Assembly (NCBI GenBank): GCA_918797485.1
Contig: CAKKNE010000006.1
Coordinates: 3,410,001-3,474,000, forward strand
DNA length: 64,000 nt
Origin: Pelagomonas calceolata
Lineage: Eukaryota
Reading direction: 5' to 3'
In this document: piece after piece, positions 20,192 through 31,400 of the stretch
How the letters are laid out: each line of letters begins with the position of its first letter
Position numbering within the stretch: the stretch's first letter is position 1
Position numbers and translations under genes: made by a program
Notes under the pieces: generated by a model
Told to the model about the DNA's origin: nothing
Database searches by the model: none
What the model saw: only the letters and a program-made list of their open reading frames with translations

Positions 20192-21679
20192 TTAGACCTT
20201 GTCGGACGAGGACGGCGAGGACGGCGTCTTCTTGTGTTTTGAGCACGAGCCAAAAGTTCCGGCCAGGAAGCAGAAGGATACGGCGAGCGGGACGCAGATG
20301 GCTAGGATGAGGCAGATAACGATGACCACGACGAGGCTGACTCCACTTCGATTCTTGTCCCGGCCCCAGCAGATGCCGTGCGTGACGCCGCACGACGTCC
20401 ACTCGCACGCGGTGCTGTCGAACGCGTCATCCATATGCACACGGTAGTCCACGCACCAGCCGAGGTCCTGATCGAAGGCCTTGGCGCGTTGAAACATCTC
20501 TCGCATATTCGTGACCGTGTCGATCCGCCAGGCTCCTAGGTCCTGGTTGAAGGCCTTGGCGCCTTGGAACATCTCCTTCATATCCGTGACGCTTTCGACC
20601 CGCCAGCTGCTGAGCGGTTGGTTGAACGCCGAGGCGTCTTCGAACATCCTGCTCATATCATTGACCTTGTCGACCCACCAGTCGCCGATCGGGTTATTGA
20701 ATGCCGAGGCAGCTCTGAACATGTTCTCCAGTTGCGTAACGGCCCCCACGCTCCAGTTGCCGATCGGTTGATTAAAGGCCTTGGCCGCACCGAACATGTG
20801 GTACATGCGCGTGACCCTGTCGACCCTCCAGCCGCCGATTGGACGATTAAAGGATTGTGCACCTTCGAACATCTCGTCCATCGTCGTGACGCCGGAAGTA
20901 TCCCACGCGCTGATGTCCTCGTCGAAGGTCGAGTCGCGAAAGAACAAATAGGACATGTCCGTGACTTGTGCGGTCTCCCACGTCGAGATGTGGCCGTGCA
21001 TCGCCTCGGCGGCGGCGCGGTCCGAGAGCCAGAGGGCCACGGCCGTTCTAATCGTGCTGTCGTCCGCGATCAGTGGCGTAACTGTCGGTGCTGGCGTCAC
21101 TGTCGGAGCGGGAGATGTTGTCGGCGCTGAAGTCGGCGCACAGGTGCCTTGCTCCTTTTCGTAGACGCCGCACGACGTCTCGGCGCACGGGGTGCCGGAG
21201 AACGCGCTCCACAGGTACGCGTCGTCGTCCATGCACCAGCCGAGGTCCTGGTTAAAGGCCGAGGCGTAGTAGAACATCCTGTAAATCGTCGTGACGCCGG
21301 AGGTATCCCACGCGCTGATGTCCTCGTTGAAGGACGCCGCGGCCGTTTTGCATTTAGTCGAAATCCTTGATTCCGTACAAAACAAATACGACATGTCTGT
21401 GACCCCCGATGTGTCCCACGTCGAGATGTGGCCGTACGTCGCCTCGGCGGCGGCGCTGTCCGAGAGCCACGCGTTGCGGGCCGTCCAGATGCTGCTGTCG
21501 GTCATGACGTAGCCAGTCAAGCGGCGCGGCGCCACACCGACACGGTCCAGCGGGGCCTCGGCCGGCGCCGCTCCGACGAGCGCCTCAGCCCCAGCAGAAT
21601 CGGTGGCCCGCGCGTGCTGGTGGCCAGCTTGGGCAGCCGCAGGGGTAGCGTACAGGAGGAGGCCGAGGATAATTACCAT
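20192..21679 (-). CDS. DUF285 (BspA/PARCEL-type) repeat surface protein, single-pass membrane
   Basis: Signal peptide; many 25-aa 'WDTSGVTxMxxMFxxAxAFNQxIGxW' repeats; PT linker; C-terminal TM. Confidence 0.9.
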   Translation of the reverse strand: MVIILGLLLYATPAAAQAGHQHARATDSAGAEALVGAAPAEAPLDRVGVAPRRLTGYVMTDSSIWTARNAWLSDSAAAEATYGHISTWDTSGVTDMSYLFCTESRISTKCKTAAASFNEDISAWDTSGVTTIYRMFYYASAFNQDLGWCMDDDAYLWSAFSGTPCAETSCGVYEKEQGTCAPTSAPTTSPAPTVTPAPTVTPLIADDSTIRTAVALWLSDRAAAEAMHGHISTWETAQVTDMSYLFFRDSTFDEDISAWDTSGVTTMDEMFEGAQSFNRPIGGWRVDRVTRMYHMFGAAKAFNQPIGNWSVGAVTQLENMFRAASAFNNPIGDWWVDKVNDMSRMFEDASAFNQPLSSWRVESVTDMKEMFQGAKAFNQDLGAWRIDTVTNMREMFQRAKAFDQDLGWCVDYRVHMDDAFDSTACEWTSCGVTHGICWGRDKNRSGVSLVVVIVICLILAICVPLAVSFCFLAGTFGSCSKHKKTPSSPSSSDKV

Positions 21680-22033
21680 CGTGGGGCTGCTATCGGGCTC
21701 GGGGATCTTGGAGAGAGTGCTGCTTGCGGCCAAATCTGGGGATCCAAAAAAACTAGTGAGTCAAAACACTAAGCCTGCACGCACGCGAGGAAGAATAGGA
21801 AGGTAGGCCACTCGACCAGTCGTCTCGTCCTAAAGGTGCCCCGTCCGTGGCAGTCAACGCGCGCACGGGACTGCGCCGCGCGAATTGCGGGACGCGAAGA
21901 AGACGAGGTCCGGAGGTACCCTCCGCGCCAATTTCGAGGGCTGCCCGCGACGCCGCCGCGGCCCTCCACACGCGCGCGCGGAAGATTTACGGTACGAGTC
22001 CGTTACATAACCAAGCCCCCCTTCTCTCTAAAC

Positions 22034-22922
22034 CTAGAAGTAGGGGAAGCCCTTGCCCGTGAGCACGGCCTGCGTCACGATGCCCGAGAACGCGAGCATG
22101 GCCAGCCGGCCGTTCTCGAGCTCCTTGAGCTGCATCTCCGGGTCGTTCGCGCCGCCGATCTGGAGCGGGTCGAAGCCGAAGTCTCCCGGCTGGCGCCCCG
22201 AGCCGTCGAGCATCTCCAAAATCGCGAGGTAGCCGATGCACTCGGCGACGGCGATCCAGATGCCGATCTGCGTCATCGCGCCCATGTCCACCGCCATGTC
22301 GTGCGCGTTGATCGACGCCACGTTGTGCATTTCCCCCGGGAGGCGGAACCCCAAGTCCGTCGCGACGAAGCCGACGACCGCGAGCATGCAGACGCGGCCG
22401 TGCTTGAGCTCGCTCTCGCGGAGCCACTCGACGGGCACCCAATCACTCAAACCGAGCGGGTCGAAGCCCTTGTCGCCGACCATGCCCTTGAGCTTCTGCG
22501 GCCGCGGCAGGAAAGGCATCGCGGGCGAGCGCCTGCGTTTTGGGAGGGGTTAGCGGCGCGCGCGTCGTGTGTGTTACGTGTGCCGCCTCTCTCGGTGGCA
22601 CAGCGACGGCGTGCGGGCGGGCCCGCCGACCGCCGACCGCCGTTCTCCGACATCGTGGAAGACGGCGGCCAGAGCCCGCTTTCCGCACGCTCCGCGTCCT
22701 TTGGAGCCTCAGTTAGGTGCGTCGGCATCGTTTGGACGGCCCCAAGGCTTCGCGGGGCCAGCGCGCGCGCGCGCTTTGCGAACCGGCTGCTAATGCTAAA
22801 TCGACGCTGTGGACGCACTCTACGCTGCTAACCTCCGCCGAAAGCTGCGTGGCGGGCCTGGCAGGCGCCACAGGCGCCATTAAGGCGCTTGCACCCGCCG
22901 CGAGGGCCAGGCAGCGCATCAT
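22034..22922 (-). CDS. Light-harvesting chlorophyll a/c-fucoxanthin protein, Lhcr-like (intron 22533-22818)
   Basis: Bipartite presequence; 'SPAMPFL', 'GDKGFDPLG', 'LRESELKHGRVCMLA', 'ELENGRLAMLA'. Confidence 0.93.
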
Positions 22923-23249
22923 ATTGGCCAAATTGCCTATGATCCTGATCAACCATAAAGCTTAGCGGCAGACACACACTAGAATCAAAAAAATTGATTT
23001 ATCTCTCCGCGCGCAAAGAGACCTCCCTTCGACACCCTGGCGCCCGCGCACTTCGCAGCAACACGCAGTCGGCCCTCAGAGAGATGCCTGCCCATCGTCT
23101 GTGAGAGCAAGCGTCCCGCGCGCCGTCCCGCAAGGCATTGCTGCGAAGCTGACCACACGGAGGCCCCTGCGAACTGCCGAGCCCAAGAGGGCAGCCGTTC
23201 GCGGGCTACGGGCAGGAGCACTGCGGTGGCCAAGCACAGTGGCCCCTAG

Positions 23250-23786
23250 ATGGAGTCAAAGAACGACGCCCACGAGCCAAACAGAGACACCAAGGACGAG
23301 CCCGCGCCACCGCTAGCGCCAACTTTAAAAATAGTAGCGAAGCAGTTCCTCGCGCGCCGGGCAGCCCTCGGCGAGGCAGCTTTGGACTGCGACGGCATCG
23401 AGTGCCTTTATGGAGACTTTGTGGAGGAGAACGCCGACGAGTTCGAGGGCTTCGACCCCTCGGACGGCTCGGGCAACGACCACGGCTTGAAAGCGCTACA
23501 CGAGGAGTTCCTGGCGCTGTTCACGAAAGACGTCGAGGGCGCCCTCGCGTCGTCAGACCTGACGCTCGAGGACTTCGTGAAAGACGTCGAGGAGGCGCGG
23601 CGCGACGGCCTGGAAGCGCGCTGGGACGCGCTCGAGGCGGCGACGGCCGTCTGGTTCTGCGAGGCCTGCTGGGCCGCGCTAGATCTAGCCCAGTTCGCCG
23701 AGACGATGCGAGAAGCTGCTCAAAGGCAACGACGAGTTTTAGACAGAAAGCGCGCCTTCCGGTTATTGCGGCGGGGCGCGAAATAA
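23250..23786 (+). CDS. BART/ARL2-binding-domain-like protein
   Basis: 'DFVEENADEF...LHEEFLALFTKDVEGAL...LTLEDF...LDLAQFAETM'. Confidence 0.65.
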   Translation: MESKNDAHEPNRDTKDEPAPPLAPTLKIVAKQFLARRAALGEAALDCDGIECLYGDFVEENADEFEGFDPSDGSGNDHGLKALHEEFLALFTKDVEGALASSDLTLEDFVKDVEEARRDGLEARWDALEAATAVWFCEACWAALDLAQFAETMREAAQRQRRVLDRKRAFRLLRRGAK

Positions 23787-23796
23787 CACAAATGTC

Positions 23797-25575
23797 TTAA
23801 ACAGCCCACTTTAGTAAAGCGTCGCGCCACGCTATTTCATCCCGTCGCACGCAGACGACGTTCGCCCAGCGCCTCACCTCGTAGGCCTCGGCAAAGCACC
23901 CGCCCGTCAATCTCCATAAACTCCCGTGCGCGCCCTGGAGGTAGCAGTCGAAATTCAATGAATCGAACTGCTCCGTGCGACCCTTGAGCGTCTCCTCGGC
24001 CCAGGCGCCGCGGAAATGGTACTCGAACTCGACGAGTCTTGCGTTTTTCACGGTCTCCATACCACCATCGAGCACGAGCGGGTCCTGGCCCTCCACATCG
24101 AGCGAGAGGTAGTCCACCTTGTCTTCCACAATACCATCTAACGTCTCGACTCGGACCTCCTCGAAGCGCGGCTCCTTCTCGAACCGTCCTTCAAATTGCC
24201 GGGCGTCGCACGTGCCTTCTGAGCAGACCTCGCCGACCTCCTCGCCGGCGGCCAAGGACGGGAACGTTGCAGAACCACGTGTACGGCCGAGGGCCATCTG
24301 TAAAAGGCGCACGGTCGCAGGACCCTTCATCCAAATCTCATCCTTCTCGACGAAGCTATGATCACGAAGGCAGCCCGCCAGCAACCCGACGTTCGCCCCC
24401 AGCGGCTCGACGAGGTCCACAACAATCGTATCAGTAATGTCATCATCATACGCCTCCTCGTCCTCGAGGCAGTCGCGGCACCAGCCGCAGGCCAATCTAG
24501 CGTTGAGCCTTCGCAGAGCCACGCCCCACGTTGCTGGAGAGACCTCGAGGGACGGCGCGAGTGCTGATAGGAGCGACGCGAGGCCGTAGCCCTTGTTCGC
24601 GCCGACATACACGGCGCGGAATCTGCCATGATGCGCGCGCAGCGCGTCGCTCAGCCACGGTCTCGAGGGGCAGCCTAATAACGCGGCCTTGTCCCAGGCG
24701 TCTTCATTACCTTCAAGCGATATTCCAAGGGACGCGGTGAACAATGATGAATCAGCACAGGCGAACGAAGGCACTACGTCACGGTAAACATCAACAGACC
24801 AGGCCACAATGGAGTCCGCGTCGACGAAGCGTCTTCCAGAAGCCGTGCCGACCGACGGCCCGCCATAGAGCTCGACGCGGTGTTGATCAAAAGTGTCGAA
24901 GTCGAAGGCGGCCGGCGATGGCGGCGGTGATGATGATCGCGGCGCCCGTCTTATGAGGACGGCGAGGCCGCCGTCGGCCGCCGCGACGGCGACGTCCAGC
25001 GTCGGCCGTCGTAGTTTTAGGACATCTTTCCAGACGCCGCCGTATCCCTCTTCCGTGCACGGCAGTGCGCCCCTTATGATGATCGCGGCGCGCAGCGGTA
25101 GATTTGAAAACGCTGCGTCGACCGCTTCTCTTAGCTCACATGTGATGCCGTCGATCAGCGCGGCGCCCGCGTTTTTATCATCAACTCCATGGCAGTCGGC
25201 GCGCGTCCACGTGGCGAAGCCGCGCGCCCTGGCTACAGCTAAAGCCACCTCCTCACTTCTAGCCCGCGCGCGGCGCAGCGTCCGCCCGCCGTCACAAACA
25301 AAACCCCCGACGGCGTCGGCCGCGGCCCGGATGCGTGTTTCCTCACTAGCGCCCGCGAGCTCCGCTATTTGAGCGCCCGGGCTCCTTGCGATGAGGTTCT
25401 CGAGACCGACTACCACCAACTCCTGTGCGGAGGCGTTGAGCCGCGGCTCCTCCGCAAGCGCGTGCCGCGCGCAGTCCAGAAGGCTGCCCCGGTCGCATTG
25501 GAGCTCCGCGTCGGCGAAGGGCAGCGTGAGGGCCGAGCTGCTGCTGACCAGCAAAATGAAGACAAGCGTCCGCAT
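23797..25575 (-). CDS. FkbM-family methyltransferase-like secreted protein
   Basis: Signal peptide; 'YVGANKGY', 'VEP', 'YLSLDVEGQDPLVLDG', 'EFEYH'. Confidence 0.75.
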   Translation of the reverse strand: MRTLVFILLVSSSSALTLPFADAELQCDRGSLLDCARHALAEEPRLNASAQELVVVGLENLIARSPGAQIAELAGASEETRIRAAADAVGGFVCDGGRTLRRARARSEEVALAVARARGFATWTRADCHGVDDKNAGAALIDGITCELREAVDAAFSNLPLRAAIIIRGALPCTEEGYGGVWKDVLKLRRPTLDVAVAAADGGLAVLIRRAPRSSSPPPSPAAFDFDTFDQHRVELYGGPSVGTASGRRFVDADSIVAWSVDVYRDVVPSFACADSSLFTASLGISLEGNEDAWDKAALLGCPSRPWLSDALRAHHGRFRAVYVGANKGYGLASLLSALAPSLEVSPATWGVALRRLNARLACGWCRDCLEDEEAYDDDITDTIVVDLVEPLGANVGLLAGCLRDHSFVEKDEIWMKGPATVRLLQMALGRTRGSATFPSLAAGEEVGEVCSEGTCDARQFEGRFEKEPRFEEVRVETLDGIVEDKVDYLSLDVEGQDPLVLDGGMETVKNARLVEFEYHFRGAWAEETLKGRTEQFDSLNFDCYLQGAHGSLWRLTGGCFAEAYEVRRWANVVCVRRDEIAWRDALLKWAV

Positions 25576-25977
25576 CGGTGCTCGCGTCGACTTTTGGGGC
25601 ATCGATGCGTCGCGGGCTAGTGCCTGGAGGCTGCCCGCCGGCGCTGGGCTGCAAATGCGCAGCAGAGCGCCGGGCGCTGGCTAGCGGCCGTAAGACACTA
25701 GCCTAGCAATCAGGACGCTGTGATCCTGGGGGCTACCCACGGGCCGTAGACCGGACCCGGGCGTCGCCCACGGAGCCTCAAAAGAGCCCCCGTGGCCGCA
25801 GCGGACGTCGCGCGCGCGGGCAGCCGCCTAGGATCTCGGGGCAGCCCAGGAGGGTCCCACCACTTCACGCGGCACTGACGCCGCCGCCGCGCCCCACGGA
25901 CACCAAGGCAGGCCAGGACAGGAGGCAAGCCCCGACGCCGTCGACGCGACACCACCGACACGCACTGAGACACCACC

Positions 25978-26592
25978 ATGGCGCTCGCATCAGCAAAGTC
26001 GAGCGCCCTCGAGGACAACAACAAGGCCGTGGCCACGGGCATGAAGTGGTCCGTGGAAGCCCGCGCCGAGATCCCGCAGGCGATGAGGGATGAGATCGAG
26101 GCCGAGATGGCGACGAAACGCGTTTTGAGGGGCGGCACCGAAGAAGATCGAATGCGCGCTAGAGCAGAAACGGCCTCCCTCAAGAAAAAGGTCATGGACC
26201 TGCGGACGCCCAAGAACGTCAAAATGCCCGAACCGAATGACATTGTACTCATTGGTGAGTGCCCCTGGAAGTTTCCTAGAGATACTGAAAGGATTGACAA
26301 GTACCGGTACCGCATCCTGAAGGTCGACCCGAAGTACGACGAGATTAACCCGAAAACGGGCGCTCCCTTCGACCCTGATGAGTTGAAGGAGGCGATCTTG
26401 AAATCCAAAAACCCGCGGAAGAACGAGCGCTTGTATTTACATGACGCGCTGTGTCCGCCGCCGCCGCCTACTCCTCCTCCCTCAACACCACCTAGGATGG
26501 TGTCGTCGTTGGCCTTGAGGCCCGCGGATCTGAGAAGGCAGGAGGAGCAGAAACGGCGTGAATTGGCTATATCTGCGACGTTCAATAAGTAG
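25978..26592 (+). CDS. Hypothetical protein
   Basis: 204-aa ORF with ATG in a CACCATG context and protein-like composition. Confidence 0.55.
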   Translation: MALASAKSSALEDNNKAVATGMKWSVEARAEIPQAMRDEIEAEMATKRVLRGGTEEDRMRARAETASLKKKVMDLRTPKNVKMPEPNDIVLIGECPWKFPRDTERIDKYRYRILKVDPKYDEINPKTGAPFDPDELKEAILKSKNPRKNERLYLHDALCPPPPPTPPPSTPPRMVSSLALRPADLRRQEEQKRRELAISATFNK

Positions 26593-26730
26593 TCTTTGTG
26601 TGACTTGCTTTCGCTCGCCCGTCCCGCCCCCGGCCCTCATGCGCCGTCGCCCCAGCTTGTCTATACAAAACACACATTAGTCTTGGCAGCACGGTCATTC
26701 GCTGGCGCCGCGCCCCGCCGGCGTGGACGA

Positions 26731-27498
26731 TCACGCCTCATCCTCCTCCTCGTCCTCGTCGTCCGTCCGGAAGAAGTTGTACGACAGCGCGATGTTCGAC
26801 ACCCTCTTGAGCGAGGGATCTTCCAGAAACTTCGGGTCGATGACAAACAGCACGGGCATGTCGACCTCCTCCCCCGCTTGCAACCGCTGCTCGTCAAAGC
26901 AAAAACACTGGATCTTCACGAAGTAGGGCCCGGCCTGGGGCGGCATGACGTTGTACGTGGCCACGCCCGTGATCGCCTTGTCGCTGTGATTCGTCGTCAC
27001 GTAGAAGGCCAATGCCGATTCCCCGGGCACGACCCTCACGTCGCGTTGTGCTGGAACGAACGACCAAGGCAGGGAATCACTTACAGAACCATCAAAGGTC
27101 ACCCTGATGACTCTTGAAGTTTCCGCCGGCTTTAGTAGATCTAAAGTGTCCTTCTCGGCCCTTTTCGTCGTGCCTCCGAACCCAGTCGCCTGGCAGAAGA
27201 CCTTGTAGAGCGGTACGGACGCGTAGCATAATGCCAACGTGGAGATGGCGAGGGCGCTTCCGTACAGGAGCATGCGCTGGTTCTTTTGTTTGAGTTCCTC
27301 CGCGGCGGCCGCTCGCGCTCGCTCGCGCGCGGACGAAAATGCGCGCATTTGTTCTAGTCGTCGTCGGCGCGCGTGGTTTGTGATGCTGTTGCATGCGTGC
27401 CGTCGCGTCGATAGCGTCGCGCAGTGTGTTGTAAGTGGTGGCCGCCGCTGCAGCCTTGTACGGTGTCGTAGCGCGCGCAGGGGTGCGTGGCGCAGCAT
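26731..27498 (-). CDS. COX11: Cytochrome c oxidase assembly protein COX11 (5' structure uncertain)
   Basis: 'YASVPLYKVFCQATGFGG', 'PGESALAFY', 'YFVKIQCFCFDEQRL', 'VDMPVLF'. Confidence 0.95.
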   Translation of the reverse strand: MLRHAPLRALRHRTRLQRRPPLTTHCATLSTRRHACNSITNHARRRRLEQMRAFSSARERARAAAAEELKQKNQRMLLYGSALAISTLALCYASVPLYKVFCQATGFGGTTKRAEKDTLDLLKPAETSRVIRVTFDGSVSDSLPWSFVPAQRDVRVVPGESALAFYVTTNHSDKAITGVATYNVMPPQAGPYFVKIQCFCFDEQRLQAGEEVDMPVLFVIDPKFLEDPSLKRVSNIALSYNFFRTDDEDEEEDEA

Positions 27499-27723
27499 TG
27501 CGCCTTGTTGGTGTGCTATTGGTCGAATGATGCGACGTTTGAAGCTACGGCTATGCCGTTTCGCGGCGCCACGGGCGCGCCAGCGCAGGGCCAAGGAGAG
27601 CCTGCAGGCAGAGCAGCAGCCTGAAATGCTCAAGCTCTGTACCTAGCCCGTCTCGCGCTACCAAAGCTGTGTTGCGAGTAACAGACACGTACTGCGAGGG
27701 CTGCTCCACAGCACTGCTGGCCA

Positions 27724-28152
27724 ATGCGTCTCCTCGCACCACTCACTTTGTGTGCAGCAGTGCGTGCTCTGGCACCGATAACTAGCAACGCGCAGACAAA
27801 ATTGCGGCCGCGGCACGCCCTCGGCAGTCGAAGGTATCTCAGCTCGCTGCAGACGACGCATGGCGCATATCTTTCGCCAGCGCACCGCGGCGGCCCGGGA
27901 CGGCGCGGTCGAGGCGTCCTGCGGTCGAGCCCCGACGACGTCGACGACGAGGTCGTTTCCTCGGATGCCGACTTCGGCGGCGCAGTCATAAATGCGGTCA
28001 CCGCCGTCTTGGGCGTCGCGGTAGCAATATCGACGGTGTGCAACCTCGCGGGCTACGGATTTATGCAGACGGATGAAGGTCTCTACTTCGGGACGATCCA
28101 GCAGACGCGGATGCGCTACCAGCTCGACCAGGAGGCGGGGCGGGCGAGGTAG
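27724..28152 (+). CDS. Small membrane protein with a signal/transit-like leader
   Basis: 'MRLLAPLTLCAAVRALAP' leader; one TM ending 'NLAGYGF'. Confidence 0.45.
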   Translation: MRLLAPLTLCAAVRALAPITSNAQTKLRPRHALGSRRYLSSLQTTHGAYLSPAHRGGPGRRGRGVLRSSPDDVDDEVVSSDADFGGAVINAVTAVLGVAVAISTVCNLAGYGFMQTDEGLYFGTIQQTRMRYQLDQEAGRAR

Positions 28153-28402
28153 TCCATGCTCGCGCGGTCGGGCTATCTTGATTCTTGTGACAACGCCCGT
28201 CGACGCGCCGCCGCGCCTAGTACCCGTGTGTAGTCCGTTCCTTCGAAAGCGCGAACAGAGTAAGTGCGCGCGTTGACGCCGTCGACGCGCCCCACCATAC
28301 CATATAAATGCCGGTGTGTTAAGCGTATCGAAAGGGGAGGGGGGAACACCAGCTCTCCACAGTGTCGCGCGGGGTCGGCGGGCCGCGCTCCTATCTCAAA
28401 GT

Positions 28403-31400
28403 CTAGACGATGCCCTCGATGCGGTCCTCGACCTCCTGGTAGAGCTCCTGCAGTCTCTCCACGTTCTCCTCGTCCGTGTCCCAGTAGCCGCGGCCGTTCG
28501 CTTCCAAGAAGGTCGTCACCATATCCCTAAAGGCGTTGGGGTTCGTCTCGAGCAACCGCTTCTGCATGGCCTCGTCCTTGATGAACGTGTCGTTCGCGTC
28601 CTCGTAAACGAAGTTGTCGACCTCGCCGGCCGTCGCGCTCCAGCCCATCGTGTTGCGCAGGCGCTTCGTGATCTCGCGCGTGCCCTCGTAGCCCGACGCG
28701 AGCATACCCTCGTAGAATTTCGGGTTCAGGAGCTTCGTGCGCGCGTCGAGCCGCACCGTCTCCGACAGCGACCGCACCTGCGCATTGGCAGTGGTGGTGT
28801 CGGCCATCATCGACGAGGGCTTCTTGCCGTCCTTGCGCAGGCCCTCGACGACCTTGGTCGGGTCGGAGTCGTAGTAGTGCGACACGTCGCTGATGGAGAT
28901 CTCGCTCGAGTCCAAGTTCTGGAACGTGACGTCCACCGTCGACAGGGCGGCCTTGAACATGTCCGTGGACTGCGTCATCATGCCCGGCTTGTCGGCGTTG
29001 AACGCGAAGCCCTTGCGGCCGACGAACTGCTCCTGGAGCTGGTTCTCGGACTCCCAGCCGCCGTTCTCGATGGCCAAGCCCACATTTGCGGAGTAGGAAC
29101 CCGCGGCGTTCGAGAAGACGCGCGTCGCGGCCTCGCGCACGGACATGCCGAGCTCCTTGGCCTGCTCCTTGGCGTGCTTCCTGACATAATTCTGGTCGTC
29201 GGGCTCGTCGGCCTCCGCCGCGAGTTTGACGGCGCGATCCAACAAATTCATCTGGTTGATGAACAGGTCGCGGAAGACGCCCGAGCACGAGACGACGACG
29301 TCGATGCGCGGTCTTCCCAACTCCTCGAGCGGGATGAGCTCGAGCTTGTTCACGCGGCCGAGCGCGTCGGGCACCGGGCGGACACCGACCAAACCCAAGA
29401 CCTGGGCCAGCGACTCGCCGTAGGTCTTGATGTTGTCCGTGCCCCAGAGCGTGAACGCTACCGACTCGGGCAGCTCGCCGTTGTCCTTTTCTAACCTTTC
29501 CAGGAGCTTCTCGACGACGCGGTTCGCGCATTCCACGGCCGCGGTCGTCGGAATGGACTGGGGGTCGAGCGCGTGCATGTTCTTGCCCGTGGGCAGCACG
29601 CCCGGGTTGCGGATGGGGTCGCCGCCCGGCCCCGGCTCGATGTACTGGCCGTCGAGCGCGTCGACGAGCGCACCCAACTCGTTGTCCGCGACGACCTGGC
29701 GCAGGCAGAACTCGAGGTACTCGAACAAGGGTTCCAGCATCTTGTCCTCCGACGCCTTCTGGAAGCCCGCCGACGCGAGGGCCTTGCGGTAGGGCGCCTG
29801 GCCGAACATGCCGCCGAGAGCCTTCTCCATCACATTTTGAACCTCCTTGACGCGGCCCTGGCTGTCGGTGGACTCGTCGACGAGCGCGCGCACGGCGGCG
29901 CGCGTGCCCTGCGTGATCTTCTGGAGGAGCTCGACGTCCTGCAAGACGCCCTCGTTGGCATTCCTGTAAATCTCCTCGAGCTTGCGGCCCTCGGCGTTCG
30001 CGAGGATGCGAGGCAGCCCGAGGATCTCGTCCTCGGGCCTGTCGATCTCCGCGATGGAGACGAGCGTCGCGATGGCCTCCTCGGCCGTCGGCGGGACACC
30101 GACCGTGTGCAGGCCCATGGGCAGCAACCGCGACTCGATTTCCATGAGCCGCTGGTAGACCATGCCGACGATCGTGTCCCTCCGCTCGAGGTCGACCTCC
30201 TTGGAGTCGAACTCGACGTCGGGCAAATTCTTGACATCTTTATCGAGGTTGCAGGAGTAGGCGGCGGCGATGATGGAGTTGACGATGGACGGGCCGCGGG
30301 CCTCGTTCTCGCGGAGGCCCTGGTACGACGAGACGAGCTCCGACAGCTCCTTGAGGCCCTTGTAGAGGCCGGCGTTCTCGGCCGGCGGCGTCAAGTAGGA
30401 GATGGTCGCGGCATACGAGCGGCGCTTCGCGATCGTGGCCTCGGACGGGTTATTAGCAGCATAATAGTACAGGTTCGGGATCGTGCCGGCTAACCGGTCG
30501 GGGTAGCACTCGCCGGACATGCCGACCTGCTTGCCGGGCATGAACTCGAGGGAGCCGTGGGTCCCGAAGTGCAACACGGCGTCGGCGTCGAAAACGGACT
30601 CGAGGTACGTGTAGTAGGCCGCGAAGCCGTGGTGCGGCGACGCCGACTTGGAGAAGAGCAACCGCATGGGGTCGCCCTCGTAGCCGAAGGACGGCTGGAC
30701 GCCGATGAACACGTTGCCGAATTTCGCGCCGAAGACGAGGAGGTTCTGGCCGTCCGAGTTGAGGTGGCCCGGCGGCGGGCCCCAGTTCTCGTGGAGGTCG
30801 TCCTGGTAGGGGCACAATCTCTCATACTCCTCCATGGTCATCTTGTGGACGACGTTGAGCGTCGGCGAGTCGAACTTGGCCTCCTTGTCGTTGAGCACCA
30901 TGTCCATGAGGTCCTCGGCCTCCATCTGGTTCGGGTCGACGTCCCCGAGGTCGTAGCCGCGGCCCTTGAGCTCCTTCGCCACCGCGAGGATCGAGCCGAA
31001 CACATCTAAGTAAGCAGCAGTACCCACATTGCCCTTGTCGGGCGGGAACGAGAAGATCGTGATGGCCAGCTTCTTGTCCTTGTTCTCCTTGCGCTTGAGC
31101 GAGCCCCACTTGAGGGCGCGCTGCGCGAGCGTCGAGATGCGGTCGTCGAGCGGCACGGACTTGCCCGTCGCGCCCTCGCGGCCGGCGTAGATGATGGGCT
31201 CGATGGCGCCGTCGAGCTCGGGCAGCGAGACCTGGAGGGCGACCTGGACCGGGTGTAAACCAAGTTCAGAAGCCTCCCACTCCTGGAACGACTGGAACAC
31301 TAAAGGTACGGCGCAGAGGTACGGCACGCCCAGCGACTTGAGCGTGTCGACGGCCTTCGGGTGGTCCTGCGAAGCCGGGCCACCGACCAAGGCGAAACCA

